Positions 31,444 to 32,000 of a stretch of DNA of 32,000 nucleotides are shown piece after piece; the first letter of the stretch is position 1, and each line of letters begins with the position of its first letter. The notes below the pieces were generated by a model that saw nothing but the letters and a program-made list of their open reading frames with translations, was not told the DNA's origin and did no database searches. Source of the stretch: an uncultured Lentisphaeraceae bacterium (GTDB lineage: Bacteria > Verrucomicrobiota > Kiritimatiellia > RFP12 > UBA1067); the NCBI GenBank assembly GCA_964579865.1, contig CAZOIS010000031.1, forward strand, positions 5,535 through 37,534, read 5' to 3'. The translations under genes were made by a program, and so were the position numbers.

Positions 31444-32000
31444 CTAAAAATCAAAAGCTGGAAATCGGTTTTTTTGACAAGTATTTGACCGTATGGGTCG
31501 CGCTGTGCATGGTCGCGGGCGTGATGATCGGCAAATTCCTGCCGGGGATACCCGCGTTTCTCGGGCGGTTCGAATACGCGAAGGTCTCAATCCCCATCGC
31601 CGTGCTTATCTGGCTCATGATCTGGCCGATGATGATGAAGGTGGATTTCGCCAGCATCAAGAACGTCGGCAGAAATCCGAAAGGGCTGTATGTCACCTGG
31701 GTGACCAACTGGCTGATCAAACCCTTCACGATGTATGCGATCGCCGCGTTTTTCTTCTTCGTGGTCTTCAGGTCGCTGATTCCGAGGGAACTGGCCCGTG
31801 ACTATCTGGCCGGGGCCATTCTGCTGGGCGCCGCGCCCTGCACCGCGATGGTGTTTGTATGGAGCCATCTGACAAAGGGAAGCCCGGCCTATACTGTGGT
31901 GCAGGTCGCGACCAACGATTTGATCATCCTGCCGGCTTTCGTCCCGATTGTCGCCCTGCTGCTGGGCGTGAGCGGCATCAAGATCCCGTGGGACACGCTC
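31440..32000 (+). CDS. acr3: ACR3-family arsenite efflux transporter (3' end outside window)
   Basis: This gene is not in the ORF track because it is open at the window end. My own translation from GTG 31440, which overlaps the rhodanese stop as GTGA, reads [41 protein letters not shown]...[43 protein letters not shown]...[19 protein letters not shown]. This is the ACR3 signature, including the conserved Cys in GAAPCTAMV. Confidence 0.88.
   Translation, partial: [187 protein letters not shown]

Overview
This is a high-G+C bacterial chromosome segment. The gene content (PQQ-type propeller, IVS-type four-helix-bundle gene, hgcAB) resembles PVC-group anaerobes, but taxonomy cannot be proven from this window.

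Positions 1-14.7 kb hold ordinary housekeeping and transport genes:
- the 3' end of RNase R
- a PQQ-like beta-propeller protein
- a complete TRAP transporter (dctPQM)
- a UspA protein
- a yggT / yggU(DUF167) / secreted-TPR-protein operon
- a Na/Pi symporter
- an orphan OadG plus TRAP small-permease pair
- an MscK-like channel

From 14.9 kb to the window end, the + strand carries a composite metal(loid) island in three parts:
- Module 1: arsR, an ArsP-like permease, a small thioredoxin-like protein, a DGC zinc-binding protein, a membrane thioredoxin and CcdA.
- An insertion: a 5'-truncated IS91-family transposase remnant, then a visibly lower-G+C restriction-modification cassette on the minus strand. 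The cassette is a COG1743/DUF1156 zinc-ribbon methylase plus a PD-ExK nuclease candidate, bracketed by two diverged ~247-bp direct repeats.
- Module 2: a SAM methyltransferase, an ArsR-type regulator, hgcA, hgcB (the mercury-methylation pair), an AhpD-like CxxC protein, arsD, arsA, a Cys-rich membrane protein, a CC-motif DsbD-family membrane protein, arsC, a rhodanese lipoprotein and acr3 (open at the window end).

The most interesting observations are:
1. hgcAB is wired into a full arsenic operon.
2. Vicinal-cysteine tails run across consecutive proteins of that operon, and two uncharacterised Cys-rich membrane proteins include a MerT/MerF-like CCxxP helix.
3. The R-M island is bracketed by repeats next to an IS91 remnant.
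4. A family of GGAATnnn-octamer hairpin elements occurs once empty and once carrying a frameshifted four-helix-bundle gene. Each copy starts on the stop codon of the upstream gene.

All calls rest on reading the translations and the DNA by eye. No database search was possible.
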